Of a stretch of 64,000 bases of DNA, positions 28,384-37,264 are shown piece after piece (the first letter of the stretch is position 1; each line of letters starts with the position of its first letter). Both the position numbers and the translations under genes were made by a program. The stretch comes from a virus: positions 6,594 through 70,593 of the IMG/VR virus record IMGVR_UViG_3300005529_000032; one strand, written 5' to 3'. Under the pieces are notes generated by a model. The model was not told the origin of the DNA, ran no database searches, and saw only the letters and a program-made list of their open reading frames with translations.

Positions 28384-28530
28384 TTTTATTTATTCATCCC
28401 CGATAAGTCATAGAGAGCAAGAATCGAAGCGAGAAGCGGATTGTCCATTAACTTCTCTCGTGTCACATCGAGCGTAATTGTCAGCTCGTTGCCGTCGCGT
28501 ACAAGTTCGATAGTGACGGTGAAGCGCTCT

Positions 28531-28758
28531 TCAGGCATCAATCCTCCGCACGCGGTGGCACGCGATGAAGACGGGCACTTCGGGAAGGTCGTCCCAATGG
28601 ACGAAGTAACCCATCATGAGATGGCCGGTGAGCGGGTCGCGGACGGGACCGACGCGCTCGATGACAGTTGCAGGCGAGCCGTCCTGGTGTCCGTCTCTCG
28701 GTTCGCTATTGATTTTGACGACGCGCGTGCCGCGTGGAAAAACTTCTTGTTCAGGCAT
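28531..28758 (-). CDS. Small SH3-like hypothetical protein
   Basis: 'FPRGTRVVK...YFVHWDD'. Confidence 0.55.
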   Translation of the reverse strand: MPEQEVFPRGTRVVKINSEPRDGHQDGSPATVIERVGPVRDPLTGHLMMGYFVHWDDLPEVPVFIACHRVRRIDA

Positions 28759-29677
28759 GGTGAGTCTCGGTGGGAAGGTAGCGCTCAAAGCGTTTCACGT
28801 AGCGATCGAGCGCGGCTAATCCGCCCTCTTCTCTGCGCGCCATAGCTTCAAGGATGGGTAAACCAGTGTCGATGGACTCTTGCACCTCGGCGCGTGTGGC
28901 GACGCGGCCGGAGGCATACCATTCGACCGACTCGGGTTCTCCCATAGTGATCAGCGGTTTGCCTGTGCCGTCATTAAAGACGTCGTAACTGCGCGTGGTC
29001 CACAGCATTGCGACTCCTGGGTTGCGCGTAATGGCGTGACCGCCTACACGTTCTTTAGTGGTCGCGTTGTTGATGACGTCGTCCTCGCGCCGGACCATGC
29101 GCGGGTTACTGAGGAAGGGGCAGTTGAGAGCAGACCAGCGGGCGCAATCGAGATGACACGGGGGCTCAGAGGTCGTGCGGTTGATGCCGCACATAGGCCC
29201 GGCGACAAAGGTGATGTGGACACCCATGCGGTTGCCGCAGACCCAGCAAAGCTTCTCTTTGACGGCGCGAATCCACTTATAGTTATCCATAGCGCGGAAT
29301 TCGGGCTTTCCGTCGTGCCAAGCGACAAACCAGGGAACCGGATAGCCGCGGTCGTCGCAGGGCAGGTCATTCATGTACTTCGGCAGGGTGTCGAGATTGA
29401 TGGGGGTCATACTTTCTCTCCTGGTTTGAGCACTTCCACCTTCCAGCCAATGCGGCGGGATGTTTTTGAGTCCTCCGGACTTCATCAACTCTTGTACGCT
29501 TTGCCAACTATCTTCCTGCTCGATGCCCTCGAGGATGCTCTGTGCCATGTCGCGCAGGCCTGCGGCATAGAGAGCGGACCCTTCCGCTTTACCACTCGGC
29601 CGTTGCTGGGGCAGCGTGTCTAAGTACGCGATGTACTTCGAAATCTGCTCGATGAGGTGCTCGCTGTCGACCATCAT
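28751..29677 (-). CDS. Conserved hypothetical protein (possible internal start at MTPINL)
   Basis: 'RGYPVPWFV...LCWVCG...EPPCHLDCARWSALNCPFL'; AGGAGAG before the internal ATG. Confidence 0.65.
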   Translation of the reverse strand: MMVDSEHLIEQISKYIAYLDTLPQQRPSGKAEGSALYAAGLRDMAQSILEGIEQEDSWQSVQELMKSGGLKNIPPHWLEGGSAQTRRESMTPINLDTLPKYMNDLPCDDRGYPVPWFVAWHDGKPEFRAMDNYKWIRAVKEKLCWVCGNRMGVHITFVAGPMCGINRTTSEPPCHLDCARWSALNCPFLSNPRMVRREDDVINNATTKERVGGHAITRNPGVAMLWTTRSYDVFNDGTGKPLITMGEPESVEWYASGRVATRAEVQESIDTGLPILEAMARREEGGLAALDRYVKRFERYLPTETHHA

Positions 29678-30105
29678 GTGCCTTGCCTCGGAAACTTGCT
29701 CATAATTCGTGTGTTCACTCCCTGCAGAACCTTCGGGTCGAGGGCACCGAACAGGCAGCCACAGACCACGCAGAACACGAGAGTAATCGGCGCTTCGCCT
29801 TTGTAGACGCCGAGTTGCTCGATAGTTGAGGTGCAGTGCGCACAGATGGGCCGCTTGGCTTCACTAACTGCAGCGCGTTCATCGAGCGCGACCTCGGCTG
29901 CATTCTTCAGTTCTTGCGCGTCCGCGACGGGCGTCTCACTGAAGTCAATAATGAGGTCGAGCCGTTTCGGGATACCGTCGGGGAACATATCCTCGAGGTG
30001 TAGAAAAATAGGCCGGTGTTGGCGCAAGTACTCGAGATTGCCGGGCTCGAGGATGAGCGCGAAGAAGGGTTTTCCAGAAGGATCTTTGCCGGTGATTTGG
30101 TTCAT
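29674..30105 (-). CDS. Hypothetical CxxC protein
   Basis: CAHC...CVVCG. Confidence 0.55.
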   Translation of the reverse strand: MNQITGKDPSGKPFFALILEPGNLEYLRQHRPIFLHLEDMFPDGIPKRLDLIIDFSETPVADAQELKNAAEVALDERAAVSEAKRPICAHCTSTIEQLGVYKGEAPITLVFCVVCGCLFGALDPKVLQGVNTRIMSKFPRQGT

Positions 30106-30376
30106 AACTTGGGGACCTCAGTTTGGGAGTGGCGGCGTGGAGTGTGTCTTTGGCGACCACCTCCTCAGCCTTGGGAACTTGGGCTTTGAACGCATCCTGC
30201 AGCGCCTTGACGGCTGTAACGGATTCGGTGATGCAGTCAATTTTGTGACCACGGCTTTCGACGTAGTCGGACATGACCTTCATCGCGCCTTCGCCGGCGA
30301 GCCAGAGGAGTAGAGACCATTGCTGCCGCGGGCAGTGTGAGTGTGAGCGTTTCGGGTGTATCCATGGGCGCGTCCA

Positions 30377-30655
30377 TTAGTTCTTACCGGATTTCCTTTC
30401 GTAGGGGATAGCTTCGCGGATCTCTTCGAGATGTTGCGGGGTGAGTTTGTCAAGCGTGAGCTTCGGCTGTGCGCAGTGCGGACAAATGAGCTCGATATTC
30501 TCGCGACCGAAGTGCTGGATGGTCTCCTGGCCGGTGGGAAAGATACCAAGTTGCTCGCCGCAGCGGTCGCAGTGATAGGCGACGCTCATGCGCGGATGCA
30601 CGCGAGTCAAGTCGCGCAGCCGTGCGCAGATTAAGCGGGCTTCTTTCTCAGGCAT
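30377..30655 (-). CDS. Small zinc-binding protein
   Basis: CDRCG...CPHC. Confidence 0.55.
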   Translation of the reverse strand: MPEKEARLICARLRDLTRVHPRMSVAYHCDRCGEQLGIFPTGQETIQHFGRENIELICPHCAQPKLTLDKLTPQHLEEIREAIPYERKSGKN

Positions 30656-31178
30656 GAGCGGTCTGCTCCTCCTCTGAAAAGAAATTAAAGAAGCGTCCTT
30701 CCCCGCGGCCGAAGCCCGAGTCGGAGTCCTTCTTTTCGCGCAGGATCAGGTGGCCGTTCGCGTTGCGGTAAAAGAACTGCAGGACGATGCGCTGATAGAT
30801 CGGCGTCTCGAGCGTGACGACGATGCACTCGCGGCGTTTGCCGACACCCATGCGCTCGAGCTCTTGTAGATCGCCGCGTTGCGCAATATGGAAGAGTGGG
30901 TGTGCTTTATCGACGTCCATGACCCACGCTTCAACTATATTGACGACGGCGTACGCGTTGCGGGTCTTAACCAGATCACGCACCAGCGCACAGAGCGCGT
31001 CTGCCGCCACTTCGCGCGGAGTGTCGTCCGGAATTTCTTCCGCGGAGATGACATCGATATGGTCTTGGGAGTGAACCTGGAACATGGGTGCGAGGCCGCC
31101 ATGCTCCCGCGCATAGCGGATGGCGAGATCGAGGGCATGATCGACAAACAGGCTGAGTTGAGGAATGCTGGGAATCAT
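30648..31178 (-). CDS. Hypothetical protein
   Basis: 'VVNIVEAWV...RRECIVVTLET'; coupled ORF. Confidence 0.6.
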   Translation of the reverse strand: MIPSIPQLSLFVDHALDLAIRYAREHGGLAPMFQVHSQDHIDVISAEEIPDDTPREVAADALCALVRDLVKTRNAYAVVNIVEAWVMDVDKAHPLFHIAQRGDLQELERMGVGKRRECIVVTLETPIYQRIVLQFFYRNANGHLILREKKDSDSGFGRGEGRFFNFFSEEEQTAHA

Positions 31179-31474
31179 AGTGGGTCCATCCCAAGTTCGG
31201 TACAGATGTGCAGAAAAGTGTTTATTGCCTCACGCGAGCGAATCGCGTCAACCAGACTGCGCAGATTTGCGAGGGCCGCTCGGTCCTCCGGGCGGGCGTA
31301 TGGGTTTCTATCCCAGGTACCAGAGCCCACCCACTGCCGCAGGTATGCGCGCATGGTGGCGATATCGTCAGGCGTCATGGGACCGCCCGTCAAGTATCGT
31401 TGCACGACCGGGGCTAGTCGCCCACTAGTTTCGTGCATCCAGTAACCCGGTTGCTCGGGTTTCGTCACTTGCAC
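31175..31474 (-). CDS. Hypothetical protein
   Basis: 'PGYWMHETSGRLAPVV...GMDPL'; GAGG RBS. Confidence 0.6.
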   Translation of the reverse strand: MQVTKPEQPGYWMHETSGRLAPVVQRYLTGGPMTPDDIATMRAYLRQWVGSGTWDRNPYARPEDRAALANLRSLVDAIRSREAINTFLHICTELGMDPL

Positions 31475-31578
31475 CTCGCATTGTACACAACTGGTGAGAC
31501 GTTTTGTCCGGCGACGTTTAATCCGAGATAAGCCGCTTGAGAAGAGACAAGTCGAGAGCGAACCTGAACTATGTAGAT

Positions 31579-31806
31579 ATGAATAGTAACTTCATTGCCG
31601 CTTCTCAGGATGCGGCTCATCCTCAGCATCATTTCTCGTTGGGTCAAGTGCTCGCGACGGTGATGCTCGGTGCAACCGATGCACTGGTAGCGGCTTCCGA
31701 CCCGAAGAACATTCCGGCGTCTGTTTCTAGTTTTGTAAACGGATTCCTGCAGATCTGGATGCCTGCGGCAACGCAAAGCACCCAGAGCACGCAAACAGCG
31801 GCTTAA
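31579..31806 (+). CDS. Small hydrophobic protein (holin/antiholin candidate)
   Basis: Plus-strand ORF convergent on the lysis genes and followed by a terminator. Confidence 0.4.
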   Translation: MNSNFIAASQDAAHPQHHFSLGQVLATVMLGATDALVAASDPKNIPASVSSFVNGFLQIWMPAATQSTQSTQTAA

Positions 31807-31821
31807 GTTGCGCGAAGCTTC

Positions 31822-31861
31822 AGGGGGCGGCTGTTAAACCGCCTCCGCGCTTTTTTATTTG
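31822..31861 (+). terminator. Intrinsic terminator
   Basis: GGGGGCGG-loop-CCGCCTCC then GCGCTTTTTTATTT. Confidence 0.5.
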
Positions 31862-32133
31862 TGGCGGCCAACGAGCTCGTCGAGTTGCTGCTCAATGTGA
31901 GTGAGCCGCTCATCGAGGAGACGGTCTTTTTCTTCCTGGAATCTATCCTTCGCTTCGTGTTCCTTGCGAGGCACCACTTCGTTCTCGAGAACGACCACAC
32001 GCCGCGTCAGGTCGGCGACGTCCGCGCGCAGCGTGGTGAACATCGCGACCAACGAGCAGAGCGTGACGAGGGCGTGCAGCACAACCTGCGGGGGAAGCAG
32101 GGCCCGGAAAAAATCTTTAGTGTCTTCGGCCAT
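31855..32133 (-). CDS. Holin-like TM + coiled-coil protein
   Basis: One TM segment then heptads; directly downstream of the endolysin candidate. Confidence 0.5.
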   Translation of the reverse strand: MAEDTKDFFRALLPPQVVLHALVTLCSLVAMFTTLRADVADLTRRVVVLENEVVPRKEHEAKDRFQEEKDRLLDERLTHIEQQLDELVGRHK

Positions 32134-32134
32134 G

Positions 32135-32491
32135 TTAAACAAACTCCCAGTCGACCATGGCATTATCTGTAAGCGCGAGCGCGTGCCACACACACTCGCC
32201 GAGGTCGATGCCGGCGCTATTTGTTCCGCACCCAGAGACACTGATGCCGCGTTCTGCAGCCGGCCGGGCACCGTCGAAGACATAGGCATCATCTTCAGTA
32301 TTCCAAGGTCCAACATCGAGGACCGTTGCAGTGCAAGTTTTCCCATTTTCCGGATTGGTGAGCCGGACGCACCGGTGCAGCGCCCGCACGGAGGGGAGGG
32401 CCACGAACGGAGTCGTGACGTCGATGACCCAGCCGGTCGCAGTGCGTTTCCCGACTAGGCCTTCTCGCGTAGCTTTCACGCGCATGGCCAC
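32135..32491 (-). CDS. Endolysin candidate, double-psi beta-barrel (RlpA-like lytic transglycosylase)
   Basis: 'TATG...FVALP...VRLTNPENGKTCTATVLDVGPW...GIDL' DPBB signature. Confidence 0.65.
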   Translation of the reverse strand: MAMRVKATREGLVGKRTATGWVIDVTTPFVALPSVRALHRCVRLTNPENGKTCTATVLDVGPWNTEDDAYVFDGARPAAERGISVSGCGTNSAGIDLGECVWHALALTDNAMVDWEFV

Positions 32492-32618
32492 GTAGTACCC
32501 CCACTCAGTAAGTGCGCTGTCCCGGAGATTTCTCGGTGTCGTTACTTAGTAGGACTTTCAGGTACTAGGCGTGCCGGGCGTGGTGTTTTTCACGCTTTGA
32601 CCCTAAGATGAAAACAAG

Positions 32619-33392
32619 ATGAAGGCACCAGAGCAGCGAAAGCGGGCGGTTGGCTATTGCCGCGTAAGTACAAAGAAGCAGGACATCAGTTTAGAGGCGC
32701 AGGAAGAGCAAATCCGGGCCATGGCGGTCGTAAAAGGCTGGGATTTGGTCGACATGAAGATCGATCGGGACGAATTTTCGGGCGATTTGGACCGTCCAGG
32801 GCTCGAAGAAGTGCTCGAAATGGTCAAAAATCAGGCCATCGACGCCGTTATTTTCGCGAAATTGGACCGTCTGAGCCGGTCGACGCGAGATGTCATTTTG
32901 CTGATGGATTTGTTCAACAAAAAGGGCGTTGGACTGGTGAGTTTAGCCGAAAATCTGGACACAAAGAGCTCCATGGGGCGGTTTTTTGTGCGCATGATTG
33001 CGTCGCTCGCGGAGCTCGAGCGCGAGATGATCGGGGACCGGACCAGAACAGGCATGCAGCACCTGATCAAGCTCGGAATGCCGACTGGGAACCCGCGGTA
33101 CGGCTTTCGCGCACAGCAGAAGAACCGGCATTTGCCCCTGAGCGAGAAGAAGCCCGTGGTGCCCGAGCCCGTGGAGCAGGAGATTGTCCAACTGGTCCAC
33201 GAGTTGCGCCGCCAGGGTTATAAACTGCGCGAGATCGCAGACAAATTAAACGAACGAGGCTTCAAAACGCGCGTCCGCGGCAAGATCGGCGGCAAGCCGT
33301 TCCGGCTGCAGTATGTGGATCGCATTTTAAAGTTAGAGCAGGCCGTTTTTGCTCGCCCAGATGGTGAGTCCAGCGACGCTCTTCACGCCTAA
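32619..33392 (+). CDS. Serine recombinase (resolvase/invertase family)
   Basis: 'GYCRVSTKKQ', 'DRPGL', 'KLDRLSRS', 'AELEREMIGDRT', 'GNPRYGF'. Confidence 0.92.
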   Translation: MKAPEQRKRAVGYCRVSTKKQDISLEAQEEQIRAMAVVKGWDLVDMKIDRDEFSGDLDRPGLEEVLEMVKNQAIDAVIFAKLDRLSRSTRDVILLMDLFNKKGVGLVSLAENLDTKSSMGRFFVRMIASLAELEREMIGDRTRTGMQHLIKLGMPTGNPRYGFRAQQKNRHLPLSEKKPVVPEPVEQEIVQLVHELRRQGYKLREIADKLNERGFKTRVRGKIGGKPFRLQYVDRILKLEQAVFARPDGESSDALHA

Positions 33393-33611
33393 CCTCTCAC
33401 TGATGACTTTGCGGTGAAACTCGACCGTGCGCCGGCTGATCTCGAGCTCGTCGCCGATCTCGGAGGAGGTCATACCGAGGGCAACCATGCGGACGATTTG
33501 CCGCTGGTGGTCGGTGAGCTCGCGGCGGATGGGTTGACCGCAGTGGGGGCAGAACTCACGGGCGGCCTTTTTCTTTTTCGGGGGAGCGGACTTCTTCGTA
33601 GTAGTGGGCAT
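33333..33611 (-). CDS. LuxR-type HTH regulator
   Basis: 'LTDHQRQIVRMVALGMTSSEIGDELEISRRTVEFHRKVI...LGV'. Confidence 0.85.
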   Translation of the reverse strand: MPTTTKKSAPPKKKKAAREFCPHCGQPIRRELTDHQRQIVRMVALGMTSSEIGDELEISRRTVEFHRKVISERLGVKSVAGLTIWASKNGLL

Positions 33612-33734
33612 TGCTAGGTAGTCCTACGAAGCAATCTTACTACTTTTGACTACCAAGTAAACCCCAGAGAGAACACTTGGACGGGAGCCACTTTTCCAGT
33701 GACTCCTAATTCCGATTCATACCTTCTTCTTTGT

Positions 33735-33781
33735 CCCCGGCAGGGTTTCTAGTCTCCGATCCTGCCGGGGTTTTGTTTTGT
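33735..33781 (+). terminator. Intrinsic terminator
   Basis: CCCCGGCAGG...CCTGCCGGGG TTTTGTTTTGT. Confidence 0.55.
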
Positions 33782-33794
33782 GGTTTGGCTGCCG

Positions 33795-34080
33795 GGTGCC
33801 CCAAAAGGTGCCCCAAAAGCGGGGCATCCCAGCGGAACTCATTAAAAACAAGAATTCTACTTCTACAGAACTCTTTGCCTCCGGAGCAAAAGGTCGGTGG
33901 TTCGAATCCACTCGGGCGTACCACAAAAAGTAGTCAATAACCCTTTTAATTCAAACAGTTTGCCGCGTTGGGCCGTAGTGTGGGTGTACTTAGTAGGTTT
34001 CATTAGATTTCAACCGATTTTGACCCTTTTGGACCCTCGAGGTGCCCCAAAAGGTGCCCCTGGGGCACCCTGGGGCACCC
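33795..34080. mobile_element. attP site with arm-type repeats
   Basis: GGTGCCCC(AAAA) direct pairs at 33795/33807 and 34041/34053; inverted copies at 33821, 34062 and 34072; they flank a tRNA 3' fragment next to int. Confidence 0.8.
33874..33923 (+). tRNA. 3' part of tRNA-Arg(CCG) (attP core; not a complete gene)
   Basis: Anticodon arm TTTGC-CTCCGGA-GCAAA, T-arm GGTGG-TTCGAAT-CCACT, acceptor 3' strand CGGGCGT-A-CCA; no 5' acceptor strand or D-arm upstream. Confidence 0.85.
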
Positions 34081-35351
34081 CCTTCAGAGACCAGATTTCC
34101 GTCTTCGAAGGTGATGAGCATCTCTTCCAGAACCGAAGACGCTTGCCGCTTGTTCGAGAACCATTCCATGCCGCGGTCCATGTCTTCCTGGGAGGGGTGG
34201 ATGTACTTGTTCAGCATGGCGAGGTCGGTGTGTCCGAGGATCTTCGAGAGGACGGGCAGTTGACCTCCAGCGAGGGCGTACCGGGTTGCGAAAGTGTGCC
34301 GCATGTCGTATAGCCGGCAGGTTATCCCGCATCCGCCGACTCGAGCTCCTTGGCTGTTCGGTCGGCCGCGGGTCGCTCGCTCGTGCGACTTCTGAAGGGT
34401 GGTTCGCGGTCCATCGTTTTTCGGGGAAGGGAACACCCAAAGGCCGGGTGTTGAAAGGCGCCGGGCAAAGATCCGGAATGTGGTCTCAGTCATCCTCAGT
34501 TTGCGGTGTGCGCCCTTCGACTTTCCCTCCGAGCTACTGTCCCAGATCGTGAAGTGGCGGTTGAATAGGTCCACATGACTTTGCTGCAGGGACATGATTT
34601 CGTCAGGACGTGGGCCCTGCTCGAGCATGATTGTGGCAACATCAAATAGGTCGGTGCTTTCCTGCCTAGCGGCGGTTAGATATCTGGCCTCCTCGTCTGG
34701 CGACAGGACTCTCATTGCAGTGGAGTCCTGTTCGCTTGGGATCTTCACCTCGATATCCTCACCCCGCGCAAAAGGATCTCCGGCGATCCAACCATTCTTC
34801 CGCGCATAGGCGCAAAAGCTGCGGATAATGAGCAGTTGTTTATGTAGCGTATTGTCGTGAATGCCACTCTCGCGACGCCACATTTTGAAGCGTTCCAACT
34901 CGCCCGGCGTCAGCCGATTTAAGGGCAATCGGAGCTTTTCCAAATAGAATTGGAAGGAAGCCATTAGGGAAGCCTGCCATTTGCATTTCCCACCCCGAGG
35001 GTGTTCGCTGCGATACCAAGCATTAAACTCAGAAATCGCCCGGTCAATTGGCATACTCATCTGCCGCACAACCGTCTTTCCCTGAATAATGCTCTGCTTG
35101 TGGGCTTCTTTGAGAGCCTGCGCTTTAAGAATGTTTTCGGGTACGGCCGCCAAATCGGTTGTTACGGAGTAAGGCACTCCGTTCACTTTGAATCGGTAGC
35201 GCCACTTCCCTCTGTGGTTCTCGAGGCCGAGGAGCGTCGGTGGTCTGGACGCTTTCTCTTGCGTAGCGCTCGACTTCGTAGTCGGGGTATCGGACGGCAC
35301 CGCCGATCTTTGCAAAGGCCGGGCCTTTCCGCCTTGATCTCCAGTTAGCAA
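33990..35351 (-). CDS. int: Tyrosine integrase
   Basis: 'QGPRPDEI' (R), 'KSK' (K), 'YDMRHTFATR', 'ILGH', 'KYIH' (Y); start codon uncertain. Confidence 0.92.
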   Translation of the reverse strand: MLTGDQGGKARPLQRSAVPSDTPTTKSSATQEKASRPPTLLGLENHRGKWRYRFKVNGVPYSVTTDLAAVPENILKAQALKEAHKQSIIQGKTVVRQMSMPIDRAISEFNAWYRSEHPRGGKCKWQASLMASFQFYLEKLRLPLNRLTPGELERFKMWRRESGIHDNTLHKQLLIIRSFCAYARKNGWIAGDPFARGEDIEVKIPSEQDSTAMRVLSPDEEARYLTAARQESTDLFDVATIMLEQGPRPDEIMSLQQSHVDLFNRHFTIWDSSSEGKSKGAHRKLRMTETTFRIFARRLSTPGLWVFPSPKNDGPRTTLQKSHERATRGRPNSQGARVGGCGITCRLYDMRHTFATRYALAGGQLPVLSKILGHTDLAMLNKYIHPSQEDMDRGMEWFSNKRQASSVLEEMLITFEDGNLVSEGGAPGCPRGTFWGTSRVQKGQNRLKSNETY

Positions 35352-35409
35352 GGGTCGACTCCTTTAGTTTTAGGATTTCGGCGGTTTCCGCTGCTGTTAG
35401 TAGCTTCAT
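35125..35409 (-). CDS. xis: Excisionase-like HTH_17/AlpA protein
   Basis: MKLLTAAETAEILKLKESTLANWRSRRKGPAFAKIGGAVRY. Confidence 0.8.
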   Translation of the reverse strand: MKLLTAAETAEILKLKESTLANWRSRRKGPAFAKIGGAVRYPDYEVERYARESVQTTDAPRPREPQREVALPIQSERSALLRNNRFGGRTRKHS

Positions 35410-35554
35410 TGCGTTTCGCTTCCTGCCAGCGCTTCTTAATCGCTGCCTTGGCGATCTTTTTGAGCCTGGTTTGTGACATCTTGGCGAAGCCTTTTGGCAC
35501 TTTGGCCTTGCCACCTTCGCGGCCGAGTGCAGCCGCAGCTTTAGTTAGGTCCAT
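35345..35554 (-). CDS. Small basic protein
   Basis: 'AAAALGREGGK...IAKAAIKKRW'; preceded by palindrome GCGCTTA-N8-TAAGCGC (35556-35577). Confidence 0.65.
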   Translation of the reverse strand: MDLTKAAAALGREGGKAKVPKGFAKMSQTRLKKIAKAAIKKRWQEAKRNEATNSSGNRRNPKTKGVDPC

Positions 35555-35737
35555 GGCGCTTACGATACCATAAGCGCTAAAAGGTACTGCGGAGGGATGG
35601 GTTACGCTTTTCCTCCTTCAATCGGTCGCATTCTTGCTTGAGATCTCCGATGGCGATGCGGAGTAAGGTCAGATCCACATTCAGGCCGGCGAGGAACAAC
35701 GCGATCAGGCGGTCGCGTTCGGCGGGCTCGAGCACTT

Positions 35738-36355
35738 TCATGACACCTTCCGATCAAGCGCTTGCAGGACGCGGTAATGGTTCTGCAGCGCAACAAACAG
35801 GTCATGCGAGCCACCCTGGTCTGGATGCAACTTCCGGGCAGCGACACGGTAAGCTCCGTCGAGATCCCGACGGATATCGTCGATGCCAAGACCACTATAT
35901 TGAGTGAGGAATTGCTCGGCTGCCACCTTCGAGTCGATAGATGCCGGAGCTCCGAGACGGCGGAAGCCCTGATATTGCTCGCGTCCACGCGTCACGCCGT
36001 AGCGGTCCACTGCCCGCAGCGCCTCGAGAGAAAGTGCGATGGCGCGGAGGTTATCTTCCCAGTCGATAAAGGTGTCGCACGGGTAGCTGTACGCTTCTTT
36101 GCCGGCGTCGAATGAGAGGATCACGCCCGGTTGCGCCGGTCGCGCCGAGCTCTTCGGCCATCCATCATTGCGGATCTCGCTGGGGGCGAAGTACGCCTGG
36201 ATGACAACGTCCTTCGCGCGCAGGTAAGCGAGTTCGCGCTCGAGCAGGTCCAGCGTCTTCGAGTAAGCCGCTTTGAATTTACCCGAACGGCGGTTGGACG
36301 GAGGCGTCTGCTTGCCGGGCCACTGATCGACCGGACGGAAGACAGCGTTAAGCAT
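35738..36355 (-). CDS. Phage protein with C-terminal J-domain
   Basis: 'AYRVAARKLHPDQGG' HPD motif; 'NLRAIALSLEALRAVDRYG'. Confidence 0.8.
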   Translation of the reverse strand: MLNAVFRPVDQWPGKQTPPSNRRSGKFKAAYSKTLDLLERELAYLRAKDVVIQAYFAPSEIRNDGWPKSSARPAQPGVILSFDAGKEAYSYPCDTFIDWEDNLRAIALSLEALRAVDRYGVTRGREQYQGFRRLGAPASIDSKVAAEQFLTQYSGLGIDDIRRDLDGAYRVAARKLHPDQGGSHDLFVALQNHYRVLQALDRKVS

Positions 36356-36566
36356 GAGCCTTGGCCTTTCCTTTTCGGAACTGTCCGGCGTCCGGGCAAT
36401 TCCAAAAGTGGTTAATCCCCTCTTTGGTATAGGGCGTGAGCTTCTCGCTTCCGTAGTGCTGGATGAAGAAAAGCATCACGCCGCACGACTTACAAACCCG
36501 GCTGAACGCGGCGACATCGGAGAGTAACTTCTCCATGCGCTCTTCGATGGGCGGGATATTCGCCAC
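36348..36566 (-). CDS. Small zinc-binding protein
   Basis: CKSCG...HFWNCP. Confidence 0.6.
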   Translation of the reverse strand: MANIPPIEERMEKLLSDVAAFSRVCKSCGVMLFFIQHYGSEKLTPYTKEGINHFWNCPDAGQFRKGKAKAHA

Positions 36567-36567
36567 G

Positions 36568-36771
36568 TCAGTTCACCTTCCGCTTATCAAAGGAGGAGGG
36601 CGGCTTCATCAGTTGGATAGTCGCGATCTCCTCCTCCGTGAGCCAGAACGTTGTTGTGCTGCCGTCCCCGTTGTGCTGCACAACACGGAGCATGCGGTAA
36701 CTTTCACCTTCCTCCCACTCATACTCGGTACAACTCCGCGGCAAACTAAGAGGCACTGGCATCGCTGCCAC
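36568..36771 (-). CDS. Hypothetical protein
   Basis: Coupled ORF in the operon. Confidence 0.4.
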   Translation of the reverse strand: MAAMPVPLSLPRSCTEYEWEEGESYRMLRVVQHNGDGSTTTFWLTEEEIATIQLMKPPSSFDKRKVN

Positions 36772-37252
36772 CTTCGTAGTCCGAGAAGAACGAACGCTGC
36801 CGTTCGGTGTCTGTCATCGGCATGGTCTTGACGACCTCGAGCGTCTTTTGAGAGATGAGGCTTTTCATGCCAGGTGTGGGCCGGTTCAGCACGACATCAC
36901 ACGGCGTCGGCACAAGCTCATACCCTTCGCGGATGTTCTTGCAGAGCAGGTCAATATCGGCTTCTCTTTTCTCGATCTGGGCCTTAAAGGAGTCGGAAGC
37001 CTGCTTCTTCTCCTCCTCAAGGCGCTCCACGTCCGCGCGAACGCGGGCGATGGATTTGGCTTTCTCGAGCAGTTCCTCGTCGGTGAACTGCCGTTTGACT
37101 TCTTCGATGTGGGTAATCTGCCGAGGTTCGTTCATGATGCTCCTTTCAATGTCCGGTTGGTTCGTGGCTGCAAACCGTTCCCATTCGATTGCAGCGTCGA
37201 GGAAGCGGTCAACGCCGCCCGCTCTCGTCACGATCTGTTTCACGCTTTCCAC
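36746..37252 (-). CDS. Conserved phage coiled-coil protein
   Basis: 'FTDEELLEKA...IREGYE...MTDTERQ'; alternative start MNEPRQ. Confidence 0.6.
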   Translation of the reverse strand: MESVKQIVTRAGGVDRFLDAAIEWERFAATNQPDIERSIMNEPRQITHIEEVKRQFTDEELLEKAKSIARVRADVERLEEEKKQASDSFKAQIEKREADIDLLCKNIREGYELVPTPCDVVLNRPTPGMKSLISQKTLEVVKTMPMTDTERQRSFFSDYEGGSDASAS

Positions 37253-37264
37253 TGCTTCGGTCTT

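Noticed and set aside
29945-30366. Possible frameshifted gene between 30366 and ~30100
   Set aside because: Neither frame has recognisable motifs, so I cannot distinguish a frameshift from two short ORFs or non-coding DNA.
33850-33923. Complete phage tRNA-Arg gene
   Set aside because: The 5' acceptor strand and D-arm are absent; it is an attP core.
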